Source of the DNA: Verrucomicrobiia bacterium
GTDB taxonomy: Bacteria; Verrucomicrobiota; Verrucomicrobiia; Limisphaerales; UBA1319
DNA length: 64,000 nt
Direction: 5' to 3'
Assembly (NCBI GenBank): GCA_963664225.1
Contig: OY760937.1
Location: 1,408,001 to 1,472,000, forward strand
Below, one piece after another: positions 39,784 through 49,313 of this stretch; the stretch's first letter is position 1, and each line of letters opens with the position of its first letter. A model generated the notes under the pieces. It did not search any database. It was not told the DNA's origin and was given only the letters and a program-made list of their open reading frames with translations. Both the position numbers and the translations under genes were made by a program.

Positions 39784-41199
39784 TTAAGTCCTGACTGTCG
39801 CCGAATCGTCGCTGGAAACCGTGGAATCCTCGATGGAATCTACTCCTTCGTCCGCGGTGGATTCCGACGTGGGTTCTTCAAGAGGCGGCTGGTAAATCAT
39901 CGGCCACATAGCGATGCCCAAGAGAATATAGATGAATGCCGTCGGCGTGTATCCATTGGTCATAATGGCCACGAGAGCGATCCAGCAACTCATCGTGGCA
40001 AAGGCGCAGAAAGGGCGAAGTTCCGGAGCGTTTTTAAGTTCCTTCGAATTCTTCCCAGTCAAATCACCCATGCCCGCCCAAGCGAGAATCAAACAAGCCA
40101 GGAGTCCACCAGGAACTCCATGAATGACAGCCATTGAATACGGGCCTATGTGTGGCATATAGCCATCGGTGGCTTCAAGCGCCGAATCGAAGTCTCCCCA
40201 ACCAAGCAGCGGACTGGCCATGATCGCGCCAACGCCGTTTCGCATGGCTGCGATTCGATAGTCCTCGGTTATCTGATAATTTCTCAACTGAACAAACCGG
40301 CCCCAGAGCGGGTCATCCTCCGGGATCATATCGACCAACTGGGTGCCAACGATCAGAATGCCGCACAGGCCAATTCCGAGCATAATGAATCGCATCGGCC
40401 CTTGTGCATTGAGAAAATAGACGAGTATTCCAAAGGCAAGGCCAATCATCACCCCGCGGGATGCGCTGACTCCCAAAAGGTAGGAGCCGACCAGAATCAA
40501 GGCAACGCCGGCCGTCACGGACACCACTTTTTTTGCAGCAGCCTGCCCGAGCGTGCCGATCAGAAGAGCCAGGCCCGCCGCAATTCCAACCGCCGCATGG
40601 ACCGCCATGGAGATGGTGCTCATAAATTGGCCGGGAACGCGCGCGCCCACAACTTCAGACTCCCTTAAGAAGCCGGATAAATTGCGCTCCACTTCTCCCG
40701 CATCCTCAATTTTAACAAGGAATCCGTTTAACACGCTGTCCGGTCTTGCGATGACGTAAAGGCTCAAACAAAATTGAATGACGAGCATTCCCCCAAAGCA
40801 CATCCAGGCCCGCCGGTCCCACAAATACACCAGCACGATAATAAGTGTCAAAGGACCGACCGATGCCGTGTCGTTTCCCACACCATAATAATGCCCGCGG
40901 ACCCCCAAGGAAGTTCGAATCAAAAAGAACATCACAAGACAAACCACGGCGACGCGCCAGGCAAATTTTCCGCCGTCGTCATTGTTTCTGTTCTGGTGGA
41001 GTTGCTTTAGCGAGGTCAATACTCCTCCCAGCAGCCCGCCCCACACCATGCTACATGTGTATTGGCTGTATGGCACTGCTGTCGCGGTGCCCACCGTGCT
41101 CCCCGGATCCAAAAAAATGAACAGCATTAAAGCCAGTGGTGGATACAGAAGTCGCCACGAAAGCAAAGCACACAATATAGTGATGGCAAAAGTCAGCAT
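39784..41199 (-). CDS. Polytopic membrane protein, O-antigen ligase/polymerase-like
   Basis: Multi-TM; SASRG, PLLGWG and PH motifs; last gene of the polysaccharide locus. Confidence 0.65.
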   Translation of the reverse strand: MLTFAITILCALLSWRLLYPPLALMLFIFLDPGSTVGTATAVPYSQYTCSMVWGGLLGGVLTSLKQLHQNRNNDDGGKFAWRVAVVCLVMFFLIRTSLGVRGHYYGVGNDTASVGPLTLIIVLVYLWDRRAWMCFGGMLVIQFCLSLYVIARPDSVLNGFLVKIEDAGEVERNLSGFLRESEVVGARVPGQFMSTISMAVHAAVGIAAGLALLIGTLGQAAAKKVVSVTAGVALILVGSYLLGVSASRGVMIGLAFGILVYFLNAQGPMRFIMLGIGLCGILIVGTQLVDMIPEDDPLWGRFVQLRNYQITEDYRIAAMRNGVGAIMASPLLGWGDFDSALEATDGYMPHIGPYSMAVIHGVPGGLLACLILAWAGMGDLTGKNSKELKNAPELRPFCAFATMSCWIALVAIMTNGYTPTAFIYILLGIAMWPMIYQPPLEEPTSESTADEGVDSIEDSTVSSDDSATVRT

Positions 41200-41220
41200 T
41201 TAATTAACTTGAAAGTCAGT

Positions 41221-42081
41221 TCAGGACCTAAAATGATCAACCGACTTATTGAGCCGGTTAATCAGGCGCATTCCATGCCAATGAATCGCATTGCGAACGC
41301 GTGTGCCAAAAGGCAAAGGCATGGGAGGATGGAGCAGTGCCTCGTCAGTAAAACCCCGCCGGCTAAAGTCCACGATGATTCCGTGCTGCTTAAAGAGATC
41401 GACCACGCTTCCACGATCCCATTTTCCACGAACAATTCCACCTCCTGGGTCAAACGGATATATCAACCTTCCTTCCGGCCGGAAAATGTGCCGATTAACC
41501 GTCAAAATGCGATTGGTCGTTCGACGCGCGCGCCAATGGCTTTTTTCCTCAAAATCCCATGCAGTGTCGCAGGGTTTGATCTGTTTCAGTAATTCCTTCC
41601 GATTCCATAAACCGGGCAGCAAAGAGAATCGATAACGGGCCTGACGATCCACTTCCCATAAGAGCGGATACTCGGTCAGGTGGAAGGGACCATGGCTGCT
41701 GCGTGGACACAGGCCTATGTGCATTGTGGATTCATGCGTCCAGCTCCTCTCCGCCATATAACCCGCAAACTCTTCGATAAGCTTCTCATCTACAGCGCTT
41801 GTCAGAAAGAAGTCATCCTGCAGATAGAGAACCGTGCCACTCTTGATTGCATCAAGGCTTTTGATCATGCGCCTCCCCCAAGCCGTCGGTCCTCCCTTCA
41901 TGATCCCGGTATTGAAACACTGCATGGGAAGACCCGGATACGAAAACCGCTTGGTCTCGGTGACTAAAATAATTGGGTAATGGCAATCAGGCCAATACGT
42001 GCTGAAGAGTTTGAAAAATGGCTCCCAAGTGTCCTCGGCTCCATCATAGGAACTAACAATTATGGTGATGTCAGGCTTCAT
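41221..42081 (-). CDS. Putative glycosyltransferase
   Basis: IIVSSYDG..W.PFF, YLQDDFFL and AWDFE motifs; polysaccharide locus context. Confidence 0.6.
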   Translation of the reverse strand: MKPDITIIVSSYDGAEDTWEPFFKLFSTYWPDCHYPIILVTETKRFSYPGLPMQCFNTGIMKGGPTAWGRRMIKSLDAIKSGTVLYLQDDFFLTSAVDEKLIEEFAGYMAERSWTHESTMHIGLCPRSSHGPFHLTEYPLLWEVDRQARYRFSLLPGLWNRKELLKQIKPCDTAWDFEEKSHWRARRTTNRILTVNRHIFRPEGRLIYPFDPGGGIVRGKWDRGSVVDLFKQHGIIVDFSRRGFTDEALLHPPMPLPFGTRVRNAIHWHGMRLINRLNKSVDHFRS

Positions 42082-42150
42082 AACGACCGCCAATATCAGG
42101 TGGGTGCAGGACAAATTTCGTCGGCAAGATGACATGGTCTATAAATGAAA

Positions 42151-42201
42151 CCCCTCTCTCCAACTCTCTCCCCACTCGTGCCTCGCGGGGCGAGAGAGAA
42201 G
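42151..42201. repeat. REP-like palindromic element (CCCCTCTC..CTCTCCCC...GGGGCGAGAGAG type)
   Basis: cccctctctccaactctctccccactcgtgcctcgcggggcgagagagaag forms an imperfect GC-rich hairpin in an intergenic gap; only one copy in this window. Confidence 0.5.
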
Positions 42202-42308
42202 ATCGCGCGCTCAGTTCTTCGAGCGGACTGTGTTCTTTCGACCTATATACTTTCATGTCGGTTAAAATCGTTTTTCGGCGGGCTGAAGAATTTTGTCCTG
42301 CCCCCATA

Positions 42309-43307
42309 TCAGGTTTGCGGGCCACGGGGGGCGAATAAATTCCGTCCCATTCCCACGATACGCCGGGCATATTTTTCGCACTGCTCCGTGAGTCCCGGCT
42401 TTGTGTTTGTTGGATGGATCCATTCCTCCGGGTAATTTGCGCGGCCGACTCCACACGAGGAAACATGCCCCCGGATCTGATCGGCTAGGAAGGGTAATAA
42501 TTGATATCGGTGAAGCACCAAATTGCGCGCGTGTTCGATGGCATCCCGATTTCTGCCCCAGGCATCCTTGGCGATTGCCTCGCGAATCTTGTCGATGGCT
42601 TGGGGATCCTCCATGTCCAAATCGACGATGGCTTCAGCCGGGAAATAACTCGAGATTCGCGTGCAACCGCAATAGATCGGCATGGTCCATGCAAGGAAAC
42701 AGTCCGCAATTTTCTCAGTCCAGTAGAATGGGTTGCGATAGTTCTCTGCCGCAAAGGAATAGCGGTAACCAGCCAGGGCATCCCATTTTTCAGGGATTTC
42801 GCGGAAGCCCCGGCCATAATGATCGAGCGCGATGGATGATTTTATTTGATTCAGGAATGCAAGGCGCGATCGATGTCCGGAAAACATCGTGTTGTCGCTG
42901 ATCACGGCTGAAACATTCATGCTTTTGGCGCACGGCAGCAGGTTTGAAAGTTCCCCATAGGAGCTGTTGACCCGCCAGTTGAGTGCGGGTTGCGTCCAAA
43001 CATATTGTGGTCCCACCAAATCCGTGTCCTGCGTGAAAATTCGGCCATAGTCCTGGTTTCCGCGGTGCAGCGGTTTCCAGAACTCAGTCGGCGGTTCCTG
43101 CATCAGCAGCCAGATGTTTTCCCGGAGGCAGTTGACCTTTAGCGGTTCCTCCACTCCGTTTAAAACGACGCAGTAGTCCGTTGGTTCCAAAGCGTTGGCA
43201 AGAAACCGGAAATCCTCCCAAACGCCATCTCCCGCTGGCGATTGTCGCAGGTAGATCGGTGAATGTCTTCCGATCAGGTTAATCGTGATCGCGGCAGTTC
43301 GTTTCAC
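42309..43307 (-). CDS. GT10 (alpha-1,3/4-fucosyltransferase-like) glycosyltransferase
   Basis: YRYSFAAEN...YWTEKIADCF...PIYCG is the GT10 motif. Confidence 0.85.
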   Translation of the reverse strand: MKRTAAITINLIGRHSPIYLRQSPAGDGVWEDFRFLANALEPTDYCVVLNGVEEPLKVNCLRENIWLLMQEPPTEFWKPLHRGNQDYGRIFTQDTDLVGPQYVWTQPALNWRVNSSYGELSNLLPCAKSMNVSAVISDNTMFSGHRSRLAFLNQIKSSIALDHYGRGFREIPEKWDALAGYRYSFAAENYRNPFYWTEKIADCFLAWTMPIYCGCTRISSYFPAEAIVDLDMEDPQAIDKIREAIAKDAWGRNRDAIEHARNLVLHRYQLLPFLADQIRGHVSSCGVGRANYPEEWIHPTNTKPGLTEQCEKYARRIVGMGRNLFAPRGPQT

Positions 43308-44137
43308 ACGTTTTGCCCCAATAACCGGAATATACGGCGAACGAGCCGATAAAATGGATGCGGTTTTCCTGAATGCATTTGACCTGCAATCAGGGTCCCA
43401 TACGGCGAATTTGCGAATGGTTTATCCGCGTAGGAACCCTTAAGCAATTCACCCGGAGTCCGGAATTCAGGCAACTTGAAGCGGTTGCCGTGCGGAGACG
43501 GATTTCTGAAAATGGGCAGCCCATGCTTGACGGCAAGAAGAGATAACACGGATTGATCATGGCGGTGATCCTTGAATCCATCAATATCGGGCATTCCACA
43601 TGTGTTGGGGATGTCCGTCAGTATTCGTTCGTCTTCGCACCATGATAGCCACTCGGCCACAAATGCGCGACTCGTCTCGCAATTGCGGAGCAGAACGGGG
43701 GAGCCATTCACTTGCTCTGCTTCGTAGTACTTGGACGAATCACACCCCATCAACACAAAACAGTCTCTTTTCGTCCAAGAACGATTCAAATTACCGTGGT
43801 TGCCGGTTATAACAATGGGTTGTTCATCGCTGGCCAGATCAAACAGCGGCGTTAAACTGGAGGTTACCGTAAAGTCAGAATCGAGGTACAGTATTGTGTC
43901 ACCTTGTTTTGCCTGTTCAAGTGTCTTTAGAATGACATACGGTTTCCAGAGCCAGTAACCGGCACCACGTGGTTGCTCCAATATATTGCGATGCCGCTTG
44001 TAATACCCCGAGCGGTATAGGAACCATGGGGAAAATCCCTGGCAGTGTTTTACTCCCGCCTGACGGGCAGAATGGAACAGTCGGGCGCGCGACTCTCTGT
44101 AGAGAAGGGTGGAATACGAAATTACCTGGCACATCAT
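43304..44137 (-). CDS. Putative glycosyltransferase/polysaccharide biosynthesis protein
   Basis: RGAGYWLWKP, YLDSD and DHRHDQS motifs; translationally coupled on both sides. Confidence 0.65.
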   Translation of the reverse strand: MMCQVISYSTLLYRESRARLFHSARQAGVKHCQGFSPWFLYRSGYYKRHRNILEQPRGAGYWLWKPYVILKTLEQAKQGDTILYLDSDFTVTSSLTPLFDLASDEQPIVITGNHGNLNRSWTKRDCFVLMGCDSSKYYEAEQVNGSPVLLRNCETSRAFVAEWLSWCEDERILTDIPNTCGMPDIDGFKDHRHDQSVLSLLAVKHGLPIFRNPSPHGNRFKLPEFRTPGELLKGSYADKPFANSPYGTLIAGQMHSGKPHPFYRLVRRIFRLLGQNV

Positions 44138-45393
44138 TGTTGAGCGCGAGACTTTAAGTCTTCTTTCAGCCACACCCAACCGCTTCCCAGTCGGTACTCG
44201 AAGACTATTCCTGTCGGCGTGGCTGAGGATTCAGCAGAAATAACCGCCGCTGATGGAATAGTTACCCAACCCGACTTTCCTGGATCAGTCAGGTAGATGT
44301 TGATCGTGTATAATCCCTTGGTAAGACGTGGCAGTGCAATGGCATGTTTAATGAAGAACTTACCAGATGCTCTCGGCACGTTCAGCCCCTTTTCGTGTCC
44401 GTGAGAAAAGAAAGCCAGCGGGATGCCCTGCATATCGTATATGCGAACCTCGAGCTCGCATACGAAAGACTCTGACATTGCTCCCTCGACCTCGACCGTT
44501 AAAACATCGGAATCTGGAGAAAAATCAATCACGTCAGTCTCGCTGCCATTGATGCGAACAGCATCAATTCTGAATCGTGAATCGCATCTCGAAATGTGAC
44601 TGATGATGGAATCGCCAGAATTCTGATTGCCCGTGTAGGACTCTATGCATTGGTTGATCGGCCCAACGGTCGCAACCTTACCAGCATTGAGATATACACC
44701 TTTGTGGCAGAGCATTCTTACTGCGGCCATGTTATGGCTGACAAACAACACCGTGCGGCCTTCCCTGGCCACCTCGCCCATTCTGCCAAGGCACTTTTTT
44801 TGAAATTGCGCATCCCCCACCGCGAGCACTTCGTCCACCACCAGTATCTCGGGTTCCAAGTGCGCGGCCACCGCAAAGGCCAGGCGGACGTACATGCCGG
44901 AGGAATACCGTTTCACTGGGGTGTCCAGAAATTGTTCCACTTCGGCAAAAGCCACGATTTCATCAAACTTGCGTTTGATCTCCGCTCGCGTCATTCCCAG
45001 GATGGCGCCGTTGAGGTAAATGTTCTCGCGCCCGGTCAATTCGGGGTGAAATCCCGTCCCAACTTCCAACAAGCTGGCCATGCGACCACGCAAGGTGATC
45101 TTCCCATTCGTTGGTGGCGTGATCCTGGACAGGACTTTCAAAAGCGTGCTCTTGCCCGCCCCGTTGCGGCCAATGATGCCGACCGCCTCGCCTGCCTGAA
45201 CCGAAAAGCTGACATCCTTGAGCGCCCAGAACTCCTCGTACTTGGGCAAATGGCGATGCCGCGATAGAAAGCGACGATAGAAACCATGGGCTTTTTTCGC
45301 CATCTCGTCACGCAGCGAGAGGTATCGCTCCCGATTCGCGCCGATCCGGTAGCTTTTGCCCAGTCCTTCGATTTCGATGATGGGTTGTGCCAT
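44134..45393 (-). CDS. wzt: Polysaccharide ABC exporter ATP-binding subunit with C-terminal domain
   Basis: FWALKDVSF, GRNGAGKST, YSSGMYVRLAF and VDEVLAVGD motifs. Confidence 0.93.
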   Translation of the reverse strand: MAQPIIEIEGLGKSYRIGANRERYLSLRDEMAKKAHGFYRRFLSRHRHLPKYEEFWALKDVSFSVQAGEAVGIIGRNGAGKSTLLKVLSRITPPTNGKITLRGRMASLLEVGTGFHPELTGRENIYLNGAILGMTRAEIKRKFDEIVAFAEVEQFLDTPVKRYSSGMYVRLAFAVAAHLEPEILVVDEVLAVGDAQFQKKCLGRMGEVAREGRTVLFVSHNMAAVRMLCHKGVYLNAGKVATVGPINQCIESYTGNQNSGDSIISHISRCDSRFRIDAVRINGSETDVIDFSPDSDVLTVEVEGAMSESFVCELEVRIYDMQGIPLAFFSHGHEKGLNVPRASGKFFIKHAIALPRLTKGLYTINIYLTDPGKSGWVTIPSAAVISAESSATPTGIVFEYRLGSGWVWLKEDLKSRAQQ

Positions 45394-46290
45394 TTACGCT
45401 ATATCCGCAAAATATCGCTCGGTGGCTCGAAAGTAAGCCAGGCCGATCACCAGATAGACCGCGCTCATGAACAGGGATATCCCAAGAACATCCCATTGAA
45501 ACGCGGATCCGGCCGGTGCATTGGAGACAACCCCGGCGATGGTCGATGTTGCGTTGGAGAGACTGCTATTACCTATCATGTGCAAACTTGCCCGTGCATT
45601 GGAGATGACCCCTGCGATGGGATTAAGCCAGGTCATGGCCGTTTTAGCAACCGGGTGGTTATCAAGCATGTTCAGAGGGTAAATGACCGGCGTGACATAC
45701 ATCATGATATTGATCACGAAGGGCAGGGCGTAGCGAACATCCCGATATTTGACATTGATCGCAGCCAGGAAAAGCCCAATACCCAATGAGCAGAGCATGG
45801 TGGTCAAAAGAAGGACCGGGAGAGTAAGAAGACCCATCCAACTTGGAGCCACTCCATACCAAACCATCATGCCGACGAGCACAAGGGAGGCAATGGCCAG
45901 ATCGACGAGGCCTGTCGTCACGGCGGTTGCAGGAAGGATCAGGCGCGGAAAATAGACTTTCTGCACCAGCGCCACATTAGTCACGAGGGCCTGGCTGGCG
46001 TTGGTGAGCGTTCCAGAAAAGAATTGCCATAACAATTGACCGACGCAGAGAAACACGGGATAGGGGGTGCCATCACCGCTCTGAATGCCCGCCATGCGAT
46101 TGAAAATGAACGAGAAAATGACCATGGTGGTCACCGGTTGGAGCACAGCCCACGCCACGCCGAGCGCGGTCTGTTTGTAACGGACAGAGATGTCGCGCCA
46201 GGCAAGAACCAAAAAAAGATCCCGGAAATGCCAGAGTTCGGCCCAATCGATGCGGACAAGGCCTTTTGGCGGGGTGATGGTTTGTTCCAT
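45394..46290 (-). CDS. wzm: Polysaccharide ABC exporter permease
   Basis: RDISVRYKQTALG..W, KVYFPR, YRD and TPVIYP motifs. Confidence 0.93.
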   Translation of the reverse strand: MEQTITPPKGLVRIDWAELWHFRDLFLVLAWRDISVRYKQTALGVAWAVLQPVTTMVIFSFIFNRMAGIQSGDGTPYPVFLCVGQLLWQFFSGTLTNASQALVTNVALVQKVYFPRLILPATAVTTGLVDLAIASLVLVGMMVWYGVAPSWMGLLTLPVLLLTTMLCSLGIGLFLAAINVKYRDVRYALPFVINIMMYVTPVIYPLNMLDNHPVAKTAMTWLNPIAGVISNARASLHMIGNSSLSNATSTIAGVVSNAPAGSAFQWDVLGISLFMSAVYLVIGLAYFRATERYFADIA

Positions 46291-47004
46291 GGTGGTCAGA
46301 AGGCGTGGGCACACTTCGTGCCGGTCAATTCAAAGGCCATTTTTCGGCTGTCGAATCTACGTTATTATTGCCACAGAGTGCTTTAGGGCCATCACATTGG
46401 TGATTCGGAAGGCCGATAGGGCGCAATTCAGTCACCTGGCCACTGCAAAAATGCTCGTCTCGGCTTAAGCAAGCAACCATCACGCCTCCGCCTGGTTGCC
46501 GCACATGTGCCCTGATTTTACGGCCTTGTTTGGACCTGCTGCCCGTCCAAATGCAAAGCCCAATTGTGAACGCGCCGTAGCGCAATTGCAAGTCCAGCAC
46601 CCAAAAATATGGAGCTGTGAAGGGGGCTGATTTCCGGGCGAAGTGCTTGCTGTTGCTCAAGACTCGCCCTGAACCTGCGCCTTGGAGGACTCCTTTGATG
46701 GGTGATTGGTTAATCCGTCTTTCTGAGTCATAACGAATGCTCGAGCAAGGCGCGTTGCAACATTTTCATAGATTCAATGTAACGTTAACGTGCGGAGACG
46801 CATTTTTCCCGTATAACAACAGAGGCGACTTTCAAAAGGGTCCGCATGGTTCACCGGAGTCGTCGGTCATTCGCAAACATGCGAAGAACAAGCTGGGATC
46901 AGCACCCAATTCGAAGAAATATGGCTACTGCATTTTTCATTTGAATCGCTTGTCGGCTTTGGCAAGGTTCATGCGAACTCAAGCCAACAGAATAGCGTAT
47001 TTAT

Positions 47005-48351
47005 ATGAAAAAGCCTTTTTCACCCATCAATCGACGCGGTTTCCTAAAAGCTTCGGCCACGGCGATTGCTTCGTTTACGATCGTTCCAGGTTCTGTGCTT
47101 GGACTTAACGGGGCTGTTTCCCCCAATAGCAAATTGAACATTGCCTGCGTTGGGATTGGAGGGCAGGGGGCCGCCGATCTCGATGGTGTCAGCGGTGAGA
47201 ATATTGTGGCCCTGTGCGATGTGGATTCCAAACAGGGAGGCAAGAGCTTTGAAAGATTTCCAAAAGCAAAGACATTCAAGGACTTTCGCAGGATGTTCGA
47301 TGCGGTGGAAAAGGATATCGATGCGGCCGTCATTGCCACTCCTGACCACGTTCATGCGGCAGCGGTCTTAAATGCCATTCGGCGCGGCAAGCATGTTTAT
47401 TGCGAGAAACCCCTGGCGCATTCCGTTTATGAGGTCAGGACCGTCATGGAGGAGGCCCGCAAGCACAAAGTCGTCACACAATTGGGCAATCAAGGACATT
47501 CTTACGATTCGATCCGCACCTTTTGCGAGTATATCTGGGACGGAGCCATCGGTAACGTTCGTGAGGTACACGCCATGTGCAACAGCGTCTATAGCCACAT
47601 GAATGACCTGGCCATTCTCGATCAAAAACAGGCGGTTCCAGAAACTTTGGATTGGGACTTGTGGCTGGGGCCCGCGCAGAACCGTCCCTATAATTCGACT
47701 TATGTGCCCGGAAAATGGCGCAGTTGGATGCCGTTCGGAACCGGAGTGATTGGCGACTGGACCTGCCATGTGGTCGATCCCGTATTTTGGGCCTTAAAGC
47801 TGGGTGCGCCTTCGACGATCGAGGCTGAAACCGGGGATTATGATCCCAAGATACACGGTGACACCTTCCCAAAAGGCTCCATTGTTCGCTACGAATTTCC
47901 CGCCATTGAAAATCGCCCGGCTGTGAAGCTGATTTGGTATGATGGAGCGAATCGCCCCGCCAAACCCGAGGAGCTGGACAAGGGCCAATTGCCGGGCATT
48001 GGGGCATTGGTGGTGGGTGATAAGGGTAAAATCCTTTATGGCTCACATGGAGCGGCAGGAGTCAAGTTATTGCCAGACAGCCGCATGAAGGAATACAAGG
48101 AACCGGCCAAAACCATTCCCCGTTCACCTGGCCACCACAAGGAATGGATCGATGCATGCAAGAATGGCAAGCAGGCGGAATCGAATTTCAATTATGGCGG
48201 ACCACTGGCCGAAGTCGCATTGTTGGGGGTCATCGCGATGCGCGTAAAAAATCGGAAGTTGGAATGGGATGGGAAGAATATGCGATTCACCAATTCGGAC
48301 GAGGCCAATCAATTCATTAAACCGACCTTCAGGGAAGGGTGGGGGCTTTAA
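47005..48351 (+). CDS. Gfo/Idh/MocA oxidoreductase with Tat signal
   Basis: RRGFLK twin-arginine motif; ATPDH, CEKP and WDLWLGPA motifs. Confidence 0.92.
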   Translation: MKKPFSPINRRGFLKASATAIASFTIVPGSVLGLNGAVSPNSKLNIACVGIGGQGAADLDGVSGENIVALCDVDSKQGGKSFERFPKAKTFKDFRRMFDAVEKDIDAAVIATPDHVHAAAVLNAIRRGKHVYCEKPLAHSVYEVRTVMEEARKHKVVTQLGNQGHSYDSIRTFCEYIWDGAIGNVREVHAMCNSVYSHMNDLAILDQKQAVPETLDWDLWLGPAQNRPYNSTYVPGKWRSWMPFGTGVIGDWTCHVVDPVFWALKLGAPSTIEAETGDYDPKIHGDTFPKGSIVRYEFPAIENRPAVKLIWYDGANRPAKPEELDKGQLPGIGALVVGDKGKILYGSHGAAGVKLLPDSRMKEYKEPAKTIPRSPGHHKEWIDACKNGKQAESNFNYGGPLAEVALLGVIAMRVKNRKLEWDGKNMRFTNSDEANQFIKPTFREGWGL

Positions 48352-48393
48352 CAAATCGGGTTAATCGACTCCGGCAGAAAATATTGCTGAAAT

Positions 48394-48431
48394 GAACACG
48401 CCGTCTGGATTTTTCAGACGGCGTGTTCTTT
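48394..48431. terminator. Terminator hairpin between convergent genes
   Basis: Perfect 14-bp stem GAACACGCCGTCTG/CAGACGGCGTGTTC followed by TTT. Confidence 0.8.
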
Positions 48432-48477
48432 GGAACCGAATTTTGCGAGGAATCACCCTCGTCGACTTAGCACAGCG

Positions 48478-49188
48478 TTATTCTGCGACTTTCTTCTTTG
48501 CTTCGTCGGGAATCTCCATTTTTGTCGTGCCGACATCCTTGATTTCGGTGGTGGTGATACGTTCAATCGCCCTCTCCTGTTGGTCTTGACCAAATGCCAC
48601 CTTGCCCTCGACTTTGAGAATGTATTTTTGGATCATGCCATCCTTGATCCAGATTTTTACGCTCCCCTTGGCGTCTTTGGGGGCCGGGGTATTGGCACGA
48701 TTGCGACGGCCCATTGTCATGAGCTGCTGTGCGCCTTCTTCGGTCAAGTCGGCCGAAAGAACGCCTTCATCCTTCTTTAGTTCCTTAACCTTCGTAGCCA
48801 GATCCGCGACTTCAGCGCTGGGCGCTTTGGTGTTGAGCAACATGCGTTGGAACATCGCGCCTCGATTATTGGCCCCAGGAGCTTCCAATTCGGTTTCCGC
48901 CTTCCACCCGCTGTCCGTCTTGACCACGCCCTTTTTCCCCATCATGACCGCTTCGGTGGTTACGTTTTGCATTTCCGTGCTGACCATGATGAATCCGTCC
49001 TTGTTCGCCTTGCCCAGGCGAGGCGCCGGAGTGTATTGGGATCCTGGCACTTCCACTGTAGTCGCCCAGGAATAATTTGGCTGATCCGCCAATTTTTTCG
49101 CTGCAGCCTTGAGATCTTCCGTGTTGTCAGCGAGGACAATCAATGAGGTGGCTGCACAAAGAACACCTGCCAATAAAACTTTTTTCAT
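48478..49188 (-). CDS. Secreted hypothetical protein
   Basis: Signal peptide; 236-aa soluble ORF with no recognised motif. Confidence 0.75.
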   Translation of the reverse strand: MKKVLLAGVLCAATSLIVLADNTEDLKAAAKKLADQPNYSWATTVEVPGSQYTPAPRLGKANKDGFIMVSTEMQNVTTEAVMMGKKGVVKTDSGWKAETELEAPGANNRGAMFQRMLLNTKAPSAEVADLATKVKELKKDEGVLSADLTEEGAQQLMTMGRRNRANTPAPKDAKGSVKIWIKDGMIQKYILKVEGKVAFGQDQQERAIERITTTEIKDVGTTKMEIPDEAKKKVAE

Positions 49189-49313
49189 AGTTGGAATTAG
49201 ATTGGTTACACCGTTTCAAAGCTATTTGACCGCAAAACTTCGAACTTGGTTACAAAAAAACGACGATATTTTGCTTAATATAATCGACCTCGCGATCCAC
49301 GAAAGTGTGAGAT

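Noticed and set aside
46325..47000. ORFs or an ops/JUMPstart element upstream of wzm
   Set aside because: No GGCGGTAG-type element was found, and the short ORFs lack motifs and good start signals.
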